NCBI GenBank assembly: GCA_050049995.1
Contig: JASFVE010000030.1
Coordinates: 1-23,702, forward strand
Origin: Chlamydiota bacterium
GTDB taxonomy: Bacteria; Chlamydiota; Chlamydiia; Chlamydiales; SM23-39
Reading direction: 5' to 3'
DNA length: 23,702 nt
The translations under genes and the position numbers were made by a program. Under the pieces are notes generated by a model. That model did no database searches. It was not told the origin of the DNA and worked only from the letters and a program-made list of their open reading frames with translations. Position 1 is the stretch's first letter. Every line of letters begins with the position of its first letter. Of the stretch, positions 9,101 to 17,052 are shown in pieces.

Positions 9101-11086
9101 GGTTTTTCTTCCATCACTTTTGGATCTACTACGGGAACTGGTGCAGTAGACATGCAAGCTTTTACTTATTCTGATCCCATCATTGTTTATGGTGGAACTA
9201 TTAGTGCAAATGGGATAGTAGCTACAGGAGGTAGTGATAATATAACCTTTAATATTGGTAGTGCAGGAGCAGGGACTCTTAACTTGAATGCTAATGTCAA
9301 TGCCGCGGGCACTTTTACCGTTAATGGAGGCTCAAATAATGACGCCTTTAATATCAATGTCACTAGTCAGACGGCCACACTTATTGGTAATGGAGGAACG
9401 AATACCTTAACAGGACCTAATGCTTCTAACACTTGGGCAATCACATCTGATAATGGAGGAACCTTAAATACAAGCATTGGGTTTTCAGATATGCAAAACT
9501 TAACGGGCAATGCCAATAATGATGCTTTTACTTTCAATGGTGCTTTTCAAATCACAGGAACAATAGATGGCTCGACAGGAACTAACACACTAACCGGACC
9601 CAACGTCAATAACGCTTGGGCTGTCACTTCTACGGACACTGGAAGTATAACACCTACAGGAGCTGGTGGAGCTACCAGCTTTAGTAATATTGGGAATTTA
9701 ACAGGTGGCTCCAGCAATGACTCTTTCGTTTTAAGTGATGGCGTCGGAGTCAGTGGAGCTATAGATGGAACAAGCTCTACGGGCAACGCCCTTAGCTACG
9801 CTGCTTATACCACTAGTGTTTCTGTAAACCTGCAGACAGGAGCTGCCACGAACATAACAGGTGGGGTGAGTAATATTCAGACGTTCACAGGAGGTAGCAA
9901 TACTGACACTATAACTGGAACGAATACCACCAATGCCTGGAGCATTACTGCTGATGACACTAGCAGCTTAAATAATGGAAGCACAACTTTTACGTTAAAT
10001 AGTTTTGAAAATCTTACAGGTGGTTCGGGAAATGATACGTTTACGTTTAATGGAGCCTTTCAAATCACAGGAACAATAGATGGCTCGATTGGATCTAATA
10101 CTATAAATGGTCCTAATGTGAATAACGTTTGGGCTGTTACCAGTCAAACTACAGGAACTCTCACGCCAACAGGTGCCAGTGGCTCTACTAGTTACTCGAA
10201 TATAGGTTCATTGGTAGGTAACGCAAGTGATGATACGTTTAATCTTTCTGCCGATATTACCCTGCCAAGCATAACGGCAGGTGCTGGAACCGATACTTTA
10301 AATTTCCTAGCAGGTTGGACAATACCTGCTACCATAAATTTAAATACAGTTACCGGCTTTGAAGTGATCAATGGACCTCCCGGTCTTGATAATACGCTTG
10401 TGGGTAATAACTTAAGTAATACTTGGACCATTACAGCTGCCGATGCGGGGACTTTAGAAAATACAGACTATCCATCACCTGCTGTTTTTACCTTTAGTAA
10501 TTTTCCTAATATTACAGGAGGCTCAGCTAATGATTCTTTTGACTTTACCGCCGGCTTTACTGTAACAAGCATCGACGGTTCTACTGGAAGTAATGCTTTG
10601 CTAGCGCCTAATACAGCAAACACTTGGAATATAACAGATGATAATACCGGAACTGTCGCTAGTATCTCCTTTGCCAATATTACAGACTTAACAGGTGGGA
10701 CCTTAAGTGACACGTTTGTATTTGCCAACCAAAAAGGAGTCTCGGGACAAGTAGATGGAGGCGCCCCGGCGAGCTTAAATACGTTGGATTACTCTGCCTT
10801 TTCACCAGCAGCTACAGTTATTGAGCTCACTGCTACATCAGGAACTGCTTCCAATTTAGGTAGTGGCTACATAAATATTGGAAATATCATTGGCAACATT
10901 ACTTCAGGCTCTGTCATCACAGCAGCAATACAACAAAAATCTAACTTCTATTTTGCCAATTTACAGCTTCTTTTTACGGAGCTTTATCATTGCAGGCTTA
11001 TCCCTGAATTTTTCTATAGGCAGTTTGAAAAGATGAAGTATGTTCAAGAGCCTCAAGAAAAAATTCAAATAAAAAGAAAAAGATAA
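6149..11086 (+). CDS. TpsA exoprotein 2, filamentous haemagglutinin/HMW1-like adhesin, 1645 aa
   Basis: Same TPS-domain motifs as TpsA1; long beta-helix repeats; NTW.IT/F.N..NLTGG..D.F repeats; start overlaps the TpsA1 stop (TAATG). Confidence 0.9.
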   Translation: MVRTLCISLFFFLHLFANPTGESIVSGNLNINSHKNQLDIHQTSKKAIIEWKDFSIELGERVNIHQKFSNGVILNRVIGNCSSKILGTLESNGLVYLINEQGIFIGKQGKVQTKGFLASCLSLKNEPFLQGKTLFFEGDKQGELVNLGSIKTSTKHIFLLAQVVKNEGKIHAQKGNSYLIGSNQLYLTEDNQIFVNSKSIGTVENRGSIKAVEAQLEAAGGSIYSCAINQTGIVEANGIEKINGKIILKAHSNLTDVSGSLIAQSQDKGGAIQVTGGDEIHLQDTAKVLANGDLGGGEVLIGGDYQGKNPSIENTKKIWVNKKAVINADAIIQGNGGKVVIWADEQNLFGGTISAKGGRIKGDGGFIEVSAKEYLLYKGSAFTNAFNGKTGNLLLDPSDITISTSASSPAFPTSPGNYNPTGASATLNVSDLVNVTDGLGNNNVTVSTSGGTGGSGIVTFANDVTWSANTTLTVLADQAIIVNSGVSLSNTSTASNFTAFDFRGNEAGGSTANSIGIDIVGSISTVNGNINLVGQGGTSASNFGVYLRNTSTGLSSSGSGANAGTITIDGTGGSGASDCYGAYIQGSGDRITSIDGNISVTGVGGGDGTSTGNIGILMSDGAAVRSTGTTTDAATITFAGTGGSGTSNNHGIEITGTSCGISSSVGNISLTGDVDTPSSSTNYGIYINSAGFIESTGTTSDAATITLNGTGAGTSSGRGITFLEVSSFTSVNGDISLTGVGTGGGTSSDGVVMRNTTISSTGTGASAANITIDGTSNGSSGSGCEFFTSSGAISVAGNINISGTGAGGAEQGFDMTSSSAFVGNGSTQGDITIIANTINLAGDAQSSGVLTIQPDTVAGTMGLGDSSSGTLNLTNTELSNIQNGFSEIIFGRTDGTGAIDVRAFTYTDPITIQSLSGTITINGALAAGANAITLSSDSMAIDNSVTGTSTLTIQPGQASTTIGLGTGATGTLNLTDTELGNLTNGFSSITFGSTTGTGAVDMQAFTYSDPIIVYGGTISANGIVATGGSDNITFNIGSAGAGTLNLNANVNAAGTFTVNGGSNNDAFNINVTSQTATLIGNGGTNTLTGPNASNTWAITSDNGGTLNTSIGFSDMQNLTGNANNDAFTFNGAFQITGTIDGSTGTNTLTGPNVNNAWAVTSTDTGSITPTGAGGATSFSNIGNLTGGSSNDSFVLSDGVGVSGAIDGTSSTGNALSYAAYTTSVSVNLQTGAATNITGGVSNIQTFTGGSNTDTITGTNTTNAWSITADDTSSLNNGSTTFTLNSFENLTGGSGNDTFTFNGAFQITGTIDGSIGSNTINGPNVNNVWAVTSQTTGTLTPTGASGSTSYSNIGSLVGNASDDTFNLSADITLPSITAGAGTDTLNFLAGWTIPATINLNTVTGFEVINGPPGLDNTLVGNNLSNTWTITAADAGTLENTDYPSPAVFTFSNFPNITGGSANDSFDFTAGFTVTSIDGSTGSNALLAPNTANTWNITDDNTGTVASISFANITDLTGGTLSDTFVFANQKGVSGQVDGGAPASLNTLDYSAFSPAATVIELTATSGTASNLGSGYINIGNIIGNITSGSVITAAIQQKSNFYFANLQLLFTELYHCRLIPEFFYRQFEKMKYVQEPQEKIQIKRKR
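9545..10088 (+). repeat. Intragenic direct repeat in TpsA2 (31-bp identical core, 513-bp offset)
   Basis: tttcaaatcacaggaacaatagatggctcga at 9545-9575 and 10058-10088; both copies lie in FTFNGAFQITGTIDGS.G.NT..GPNVNN.WAVTS. Confidence 0.9.
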
Positions 11087-11198
11087 ATAATTTTAGAACT
11101 TTTCATTGGAACAAATCTGAAAATTTTTTACATTTTTTACCCCAAAATACCAGTAGTCATATGCTGGTTATAATTTTTATATATAAAGGAGTATTCCG

Positions 11199-11798
11199 AT
11201 GAAAAAGTGGTTATTAATGATCGTTGCTATCATTAGTTGTTCGGCTATTTATGCAAATCAGCCGGAAAGAGTTGAAACATTGTCAGCTAAGATTATCAAA
11301 AAAAATAAAGAAGGGTATTTTGTCCTTGCTGATGGTAGTTATTGGAAAGCAATTGGCTTTTCTAAAAGGTGGCGGTCTTTAAGTGAATGGTGGAATAATG
11401 TTGAATTGGCTCCAGAACAGTATGACTGTGTTCCTGATGACTGGTATTTAGGAAGTCTTATTGAAGTTTATCCAAAATATGGCAACTTAGAAATTAGTGA
11501 AGCTGACGCTTCGAACCAAGAGATCATTAAACAATGTACAAACCTACTTGTAAATAATAGGACAGGACAAGTTCTTTTTGCTATTGAGTTAAGCCCAGAA
11601 GAATGCCTAGTGAGGTTGTTTGAAGAAGCTCGAAACGAAGGCTATGATGAAGGGTATATAGAGGGTACCAAAAAAAATTATAAAAATAGTGCCGAATCTT
11701 ACAATAGAGGGCATGCTGAAGGTTACCGAGTAGGTTATACCGAAGGTTATCAGGCAGCTATTAACGAGAATTTACCAAGAAATGATTTAGTCAATTAA
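11199..11798 (+). CDS. Secreted hypothetical protein with C-terminal GxxxG (FliH-like) repeats
   Basis: SD AAAGGAG; signal peptide MKKWLLMIVAIISCSAIYA; EGYDEGYIEG..RGHAEGYRVGYTEGY. Confidence 0.8.
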   Translation: MKKWLLMIVAIISCSAIYANQPERVETLSAKIIKKNKEGYFVLADGSYWKAIGFSKRWRSLSEWWNNVELAPEQYDCVPDDWYLGSLIEVYPKYGNLEISEADASNQEIIKQCTNLLVNNRTGQVLFAIELSPEECLVRLFEEARNEGYDEGYIEGTKKNYKNSAESYNRGHAEGYRVGYTEGYQAAINENLPRNDLVN

Positions 11799-11807
11799 TT
11801 TCAATAT

Positions 11808-11840
11808 GCCGATCAGATATAACTGGTCGGCTTCTTATAT
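11808..11840 (+). terminator. Intrinsic terminator
   Basis: gccgatcag-atataa-ctggtcggc stem (9 bp, one G-U) followed by ttcttatatt, 9 nt after the stop. Confidence 0.7.
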
Positions 11841-11905
11841 TACTCATCCATTAATTCATTTTTTTGCTAAACTACGTTGCAACAAAATAAAATAGAGTTC
11901 TTACA

Positions 11906-13114
11906 TTGCAGATTGTTGTCATCGGTGGAGGTGCTGCAGGTTTTTTTGCAGCTTTAGCAGCTAAAGAGTTAAATCCTAAAGCAAATACTATCATATTAGA
12001 AAGATCTGCCAAGTTATTGAGTAAAGTTAGGATTTCTGGAGGTGGCAGATGTAATGTGACGCATGCATGCTTTGAGCCTCGCCTTTTAGTGCAAAATTAT
12101 CCACGAGGACAAAGGGAATTATTAGGCCCTTTTCATACTTTTCAACCAAAAAATACTATTGAGTGGTTTAAGGCACGGGGTGTTATTCTAAAACAGGAAG
12201 AAGATGGACGAATGTTTCCTGTTTCAGACTCTTCTAGCACAATCATCGATTGCTTTTTAAAAGAAGCAAAAAAACTTGGTGTAGAAATCCGAACACAGAC
12301 AAAGTTGCATTCTATTAAAAAAGTAGAAAAAGGATTTGAGTTAGATATTGGCTCAGATAAACCCCTCTTTGCTCATCATGTCATTTTAGCTACAGGCAGT
12401 TCTCCTATTGGTTGGGAGGTTTCCAAAAGTCTAGGGCATACTATCCAGGCGCCTGTACCTTCTCTTTTTACTTTTAATATTCCTTCTTTTTCCATGAGTA
12501 GTTTATCTGGTATATCAATTGACCGAGTAAAGATTAAAATAAAAGAATCAAAGTTGGAACAAGTGGGAGCTTTACTGATTACTCATTGGGGATTTAGCGG
12601 CCCTGCTATACTTAAGCTATCAGCTTTTGCAGCTAGACATTTAGCGGAAAGAAACTATGATTTTTCTGTTATTATTGATTGGCTACCAGATTTTACCGAG
12701 CAAGAATTGCGAGATAAGATGGAAAAAGCGCGCAAAGAATATCCGACAAAACACTTTGGAAATGTTCAAATGGTTTCTCTTCCTAAAAATTTATGGAAAA
12801 AACTTTATGAAAAAGCAGGCTTGGCAAGCCATATGCTCATGAACTCCATTAGTAAAAAAGCTATAACAAAGCTTTGTGAAATTTTGAAAAAAGAACAATA
12901 TGAAGTACATGGAAAAACAACGAATAAAGATGAGTTTGTCACATGTGGTGGAGTTACTTTATCTGAAGTAGAGTTTAAAACAATGGAAAGTAAACTTTGT
13001 AAAAATCTTTTCTTTTGTGGAGAGGTATTGGATATTGATGGAATAACTGGAGGTTTTAACTTTCAAAATGCATGGACAACTGGTTGGATAGCGGGAAGAT
13101 CAGCAGCAAAATAA
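11906..13114 (+). CDS. HI0933/BaiN/YhiN-family NAD(P)/FAD-dependent oxidoreductase
   Basis: GGGAAG Rossmann motif, KVRISGGGRCNVT, LLITHWGFSGP, VTCGGV, GEVLDIDGITGGFNFQ.AW..G; TTG start. Confidence 0.95.
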   Translation: MQIVVIGGGAAGFFAALAAKELNPKANTIILERSAKLLSKVRISGGGRCNVTHACFEPRLLVQNYPRGQRELLGPFHTFQPKNTIEWFKARGVILKQEEDGRMFPVSDSSSTIIDCFLKEAKKLGVEIRTQTKLHSIKKVEKGFELDIGSDKPLFAHHVILATGSSPIGWEVSKSLGHTIQAPVPSLFTFNIPSFSMSSLSGISIDRVKIKIKESKLEQVGALLITHWGFSGPAILKLSAFAARHLAERNYDFSVIIDWLPDFTEQELRDKMEKARKEYPTKHFGNVQMVSLPKNLWKKLYEKAGLASHMLMNSISKKAITKLCEILKKEQYEVHGKTTNKDEFVTCGGVTLSEVEFKTMESKLCKNLFFCGEVLDIDGITGGFNFQNAWTTGWIAGRSAAK

Positions 13115-13146
13115 CAATTCAAAAAATATTATTTAGGTAATAAATT

Positions 13147-13356
13147 ATGACAACAAAAGATAGCAATGGAAATGTTCTTAACGAAGGCGACTCAGTACAG
13201 GTTGTAAAAGATTTAAAGGTAAAAGGATCTTCTATAACTCTTAAAAGAGGTAAAAAGTTTAAAAATATTCGACTAACCAATAATGAAGAAGAAGTGGAAT
13301 GCCGAGAAGGAAAAACGACACTTGTTTTAAAAACTTGTTTCCTAAAAAAAGTATAA
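13147..13356 (+). CDS. PhnA/YjdM C-terminal-domain protein (no zinc ribbon)
   Basis: KDSNGNVLNEGDSV.VVKDLKVKGSS..LKRG..KNIRL..LK..FLKK matches the PhnA domain. Confidence 0.9.
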   Translation: MTTKDSNGNVLNEGDSVQVVKDLKVKGSSITLKRGKKFKNIRLTNNEEEVECREGKTTLVLKTCFLKKV

Positions 13357-13364
13357 TAGTCTTC

Positions 13365-14084
13365 TTAATTAGGGAATGATCTGGAAATATTAAAAAAAGT
13401 ATGTTGAGTTAACGCAGCTAAGAAACCTGAATTTTTAACTGCAACGTTAGCTGTTATCCTGAAAAAAAATGAAGAAGATACTTTGTAAAACCAATTACTA
13501 CTATATTTTTCAGGAATCAAGTTTATATTAGAGTTTTGTGGAGGGCATACTTCTGCTAAGGAAAAGACAATACTATCAGCAATAGCTAGTGTTGGGGTTG
13601 CATAGAACATAGGTAGAGTACTTAAGAGAATTTCTCTAGCAACGGCCCAAACAAGGCCTATTTTAGCGTCCAATCCTATTTTTGTAGTTTCTGCTTTTCT
13701 AGTAATTCCTCTGGTAGCTGTCATTCCTAACACTAAAGAGGTCACAAAGCGAGGAAGCAAAGTTAAAGTACTCTTTGATTGAAGGATTCCTGAATAAAGA
13801 GCTTCTTCAACAACAGAAATCATTATCCCAGATTTTAAAGAAAGCTGGCCTGGATAGGTATTTTCCTCGCATAAAGAAAGTCTGGCAACTCGGTCGATAG
13901 CAGAGGCGATAGAAAAATATTTCAACCCTTGAGAAATTGTCCCAATGACATTTTTATGAGAGGCTTGGCCTGTAAAGTGTAGAATTGCGGCAAAAGATGC
14001 TGTTCCTAAATCAAATGTAAGACTTGTCATTTTCAGTAATGTATGTTTTTGAGTAAGACATTTTAAAAAAAATGCCTTATTCAA
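13365..14084 (-). CDS. Membrane protein, degenerate CPBP (Abi/CAAX protease)-like; true start probably ATG at 14030
   Basis: VVEEALYSGILQ (motif 1-like) and SGFLAALTQHTFFN (HxxxN motif 4-like); several hydrophobic segments. The 14084 start is TTG. Confidence 0.55.
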   Translation of the reverse strand: MNKAFFLKCLTQKHTLLKMTSLTFDLGTASFAAILHFTGQASHKNVIGTISQGLKYFSIASAIDRVARLSLCEENTYPGQLSLKSGIMISVVEEALYSGILQSKSTLTLLPRFVTSLVLGMTATRGITRKAETTKIGLDAKIGLVWAVAREILLSTLPMFYATPTLAIADSIVFSLAEVCPPQNSNINLIPEKYSSNWFYKVSSSFFFRITANVAVKNSGFLAALTQHTFFNISRSFPN

Positions 14085-14146
14085 AGCAATATGAAATTGT
14101 GGTAGACTCCTTTACCAAGGAAAGAAAGTTATAAGAGAGGTGAAAG

Positions 14147-14725
14147 TTGAAACTTGAAGTAGAATGCACTTGGAATGAAAAACGAAACAAAGCAAAACAG
14201 ACAATTAGGTTTGACTATGCCCCTAAAAGCATTTTTTGTATGCCTGATGAAAAAGTCCACTATTTGCGCACACTAAGCCAAACAGCAGGGGAATCAGGCC
14301 CTTCTGTCCTTAAAGATTTAAAGTCTTTAAAGGAACAATTTCCTAAAAGTCTTTACGCGGGAGTAATCTATTATCAAACTCTCGAATTTTTTGAATATTT
14401 AGAAGAAGCAGAAGAAGTGCTTCTTGAGCTAAAAAAGCATTTCCCTCAACAAGTTTTTTTAAGATGCTTTTTGGCTAAAAAACTTCTTAAAAATAGTGAA
14501 CACGAAGCTTTTACCGATTTTTTTCAAAACATTGAAGTTTTAAAAGGTGTTTTTCCAAAAAGAAAGCTTTTCTTTTTTGAAGAAGCGTTATTTTTTCATA
14601 ATTTGTGGGTCTATCATTTTGAAAAGATGGGAGATGGTTTGCAAAGTGAAAAACATCAGCGGTTTATTCTTTTAATCATGAATACCCTACAGTCTTTTAG
14701 TTTATCTCAGGAAGTTAAAGCTTAA
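14147..14725 (+). CDS. Hypothetical helical (TPR-like) protein
   Basis: SD GAGGTG before TTG; repeated helical pattern LKEQFPKS.. and EEAEEVLLELKKHFPQ. Confidence 0.7.
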   Translation: MKLEVECTWNEKRNKAKQTIRFDYAPKSIFCMPDEKVHYLRTLSQTAGESGPSVLKDLKSLKEQFPKSLYAGVIYYQTLEFFEYLEEAEEVLLELKKHFPQQVFLRCFLAKKLLKNSEHEAFTDFFQNIEVLKGVFPKRKLFFFEEALFFHNLWVYHFEKMGDGLQSEKHQRFILLIMNTLQSFSLSQEVKA

Positions 14726-14793
14726 GTGCCTTTTTCACAATTATCTTAGTTAATAATTGTAGATAATAACAAGAACTGTTATTAGCACTTTCT

Positions 14794-15690
14794 ATGCATA
14801 GTTGGTTAGAAAAGCTAATAAAAGAACAACCTAATTTATTTGTGCAGGCTATACAAGCTGCTAATGATGGTATTGTTATAACAGACTATCAAAAAGAAGA
14901 TAATCCTATCATATTTGTTAATAAGGCTTTTGAAGCGATGTCTGGCTATTCTTATAGAGAAATTTTATTGAAAAACTGTCGATTTCTACAAGGAAACGAT
15001 CGTAATCAATCAGGTCTTGAGGTAATTAGAAAAGCAGTTAAAGAAGGAATATCTTGTCGAGTAGATCTTCGCAATTATAAGAAAGACGGATCTATGTACT
15101 GGAATGAGCTAAGTGTTGCTCCCCTTAAAAATAATCAGGGACAAATTACTCATTTTGTAGGAGTGCAAAAAGATATTACTAAACAAAAGCGCTTTGAAGA
15201 ATCCCTTTTTTTACAAAGTTACGAAGATCCTTTAACGCACCTTTTAAACCGGCGAGGGTTTGAAGATAAAGCACAATCTCTACTTACTTTATCTAAAAGC
15301 AACCAGTTTAATATTGCATTAGTCATAATAGATTTAGATAGCTTCAAAGCAATTAATGATTGCTATGGACATACAAAAGGCGATGAAGTGCTAATAAAAG
15401 TTGCAAACTTACTAAAAAGCAATAGCAGACCATTTGATGTAGTAGCTCGCTATGGAGGAGATGAATTTATTGCCCTTTTTGCTGAAAAAGATTCTTTTTC
15501 TATGAAGACCTGGAAAATGAAATTAGCAGAAAATTTAGAAAAAATAAATTCTTCTAAAGAACTGGAGCCTTCGATTTCTTTTTCAATAGGTGAGGCTACA
15601 TTGCCTTTTTTAGTTGATAAGAGCTTAGAAAAAGCTATTTTAGAAGCTGATAATTCACTGTATGAAATGAAAAAGATGAAAATGAAGTAA
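14794..15690 (+). CDS. LOV (PAS)-GGDEF diguanylate cyclase, candidate blue-light sensor
   Basis: DNPIIFVNKAF..MSGY, NCRFLQG (Cys62), RNYKKDG..WNEL, FVGVQKDIT; DPLT.L.NRR, IDLDSFK.IND.YGH..GD, RPFD I-site and GGDEF (15454-15468). Confidence 0.93.
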   Translation: MHSWLEKLIKEQPNLFVQAIQAANDGIVITDYQKEDNPIIFVNKAFEAMSGYSYREILLKNCRFLQGNDRNQSGLEVIRKAVKEGISCRVDLRNYKKDGSMYWNELSVAPLKNNQGQITHFVGVQKDITKQKRFEESLFLQSYEDPLTHLLNRRGFEDKAQSLLTLSKSNQFNIALVIIDLDSFKAINDCYGHTKGDEVLIKVANLLKSNSRPFDVVARYGGDEFIALFAEKDSFSMKTWKMKLAENLEKINSSKELEPSISFSIGEATLPFLVDKSLEKAILEADNSLYEMKKMKMK

Positions 15691-15721
15691 TTTTCTAGGT
15701 AGACATTAGAAAATAAATAAT

Positions 15722-16804
15722 TTAGATAATGTTTAATCGTCTTTTACGATGTAGCGTGCGAGGATCCATGTGTACTTCTTCTTTTCTCTTAGCTGCAAGC
15801 TGGCCGCAGGCTCCACTTACATCTTGACCTTTACTGTAACGAACGGGAGCAGGGATAGAACGCTTCGTTAAATACATCTGGAATTCCCGTATACGCTGTT
15901 CAGTAGAAGCTGCTATTGGCATACCTGGAAAAGGATTAACTGGAATTAAATTTACCTTAGCTTTAATTCCATGTAAAAAATGAACTAACTTTTTGGCGTC
16001 TTGCAAGCTGTCATTTTTTCCGTCAATCATGACATACTCAAAAGTAATACCATAACGAGAGGATGCCGGATATTCAAGTAATGCCTCTTTTAGTTCATCC
16101 AAGCTATACTTTCGGTTAACAGGCATCAGCTTACTTCTTTTTTCATTGTCGGCATTGTGTAAAGAGATAGCTAGTCGAACGGGTAGGTCTAGCCCTAACT
16201 TTCTAATTTCAGGGACAAGACCAGATGTGGAAACGGTAACTTTAGCTTTAGATAAGTTAAAACCATCTGGTGAAATCATAATAGAACATGCTTTTACTAC
16301 TGCATCATAATTATCCAGAGGCTCACCCATTCCCATAAAAACCACATTTGTGACTTTTTTATTTTCCAGGATTTGATTGGCTAGCAATAGCTGAGCTAGA
16401 ATCTCTCCTGAAGATAGGTTCCTTTTTAATCCCATTTTACCTGTTTGGCAAAATGTACATCCCATCTTACAACCTACCTGTGAGCTTAGACAAAGTGTTG
16501 TCCTATTCTCATAAGGCATAATAACAAGCTCAATCAAAAGGTTATCATTTGTTTTTAGGAGAAGTTTCTGACTTTCATCTTCGGAAATAAGTTTTGAGTC
16601 TATAATAAGAGGTTCCCAGCAAAAACTTTCTGCAAGTTTTTTTCTAGTAGCTTCAGGCAAATTAGAAAAAGAGGAGGGGTCAGTGATGTTTTTTTGAAAG
16701 ATCCATTGAAAGATCTGTTTTGCTCGATATTTAGGAATAGACTCTTGCAAAGTCCATTCTTCCCAATCTGAAAGAGATAAATCGAAGGCTATTGGTTTAG
16801 TCAT
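15722..16804 (-). CDS. rlmN: Dual-specificity 23S rRNA (A2503)/tRNA methyltransferase RlmN
   Basis: CLSSQVGCKMGCTFC radical-SAM motif, VFMGMGEP, ISLH, FEYVMI, VNLIP.NP, GACGQL. Confidence 0.96.
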   Translation of the reverse strand: MTKPIAFDLSLSDWEEWTLQESIPKYRAKQIFQWIFQKNITDPSSFSNLPEATRKKLAESFCWEPLIIDSKLISEDESQKLLLKTNDNLLIELVIMPYENRTTLCLSSQVGCKMGCTFCQTGKMGLKRNLSSGEILAQLLLANQILENKKVTNVVFMGMGEPLDNYDAVVKACSIMISPDGFNLSKAKVTVSTSGLVPEIRKLGLDLPVRLAISLHNADNEKRSKLMPVNRKYSLDELKEALLEYPASSRYGITFEYVMIDGKNDSLQDAKKLVHFLHGIKAKVNLIPVNPFPGMPIAASTEQRIREFQMYLTKRSIPAPVRYSKGQDVSGACGQLAAKRKEEVHMDPRTLHRKRRLNII

Positions 16805-17007
16805 TATAGTTGCTTTGGCTTTTTATCTTCAGACTTACCTAAATCAATCACTCGATGAGCCATTGCATCTTCAGGGTCAGTAACGATAGGAGAGTCTTTA
16901 TCATCTTTTCTTGCAGCTCCTCGATGTTTGTAAAGCAGCCAATCTTTTATAAATGTTAGTGTTACAATAAAAATTACTGCTGAAATAAAAATAACTAGAT
17001 TAATCAT
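16804..17007 (-). CDS. Small single-pass membrane hypothetical protein, coupled to rlmN
   Basis: N-terminal hydrophobic helix and charged tail; stop overlaps the rlmN start (TAATG). Confidence 0.65.
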   Translation of the reverse strand: MINLVIFISAVIFIVTLTFIKDWLLYKHRGAARKDDKDSPIVTDPEDAMAHRVIDLGKSEDKKPKQL

Positions 17008-17052
17008 AATGTGTTATAAAATAACATTTTTTTAATAAAAGAAGCAATATAT

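Noticed and set aside
4970..10728. Many minus-strand ORFs inside the tpsA genes
   Set aside because: Antisense shadows from Gly/Ser/Thr/Asn codon bias; Pro/Val-rich with no recognisable motifs.
7300..10950. Higher GC in tpsA2 as a sign of a mobile island
   Set aside because: Explained by Gly/Ala/Thr-rich coding; no integrase, transposase, tRNA or flanking direct repeats seen.
6149..11798. CDI toxin-immunity system (CdiA/CdiI)
   Set aside because: No VENN/pre-toxin motif or toxin-like C-terminal domain; TPS domains are HMW1-type; the downstream gene has a signal peptide and is separated by 112 bp.
12657..12842. 61-aa alternative-frame ORF
   Set aside because: Nested in the HI0933 gene with no independent support.
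14724..14793. c-di-GMP or purine riboswitch upstream of LOV-GGDEF
   Set aside because: Lacks GGCAAA/GNRA-receptor features of c-di-GMP-I and the AUAUGG/CCGUAAA loops of purine aptamers; kept only as an unclassified structure.
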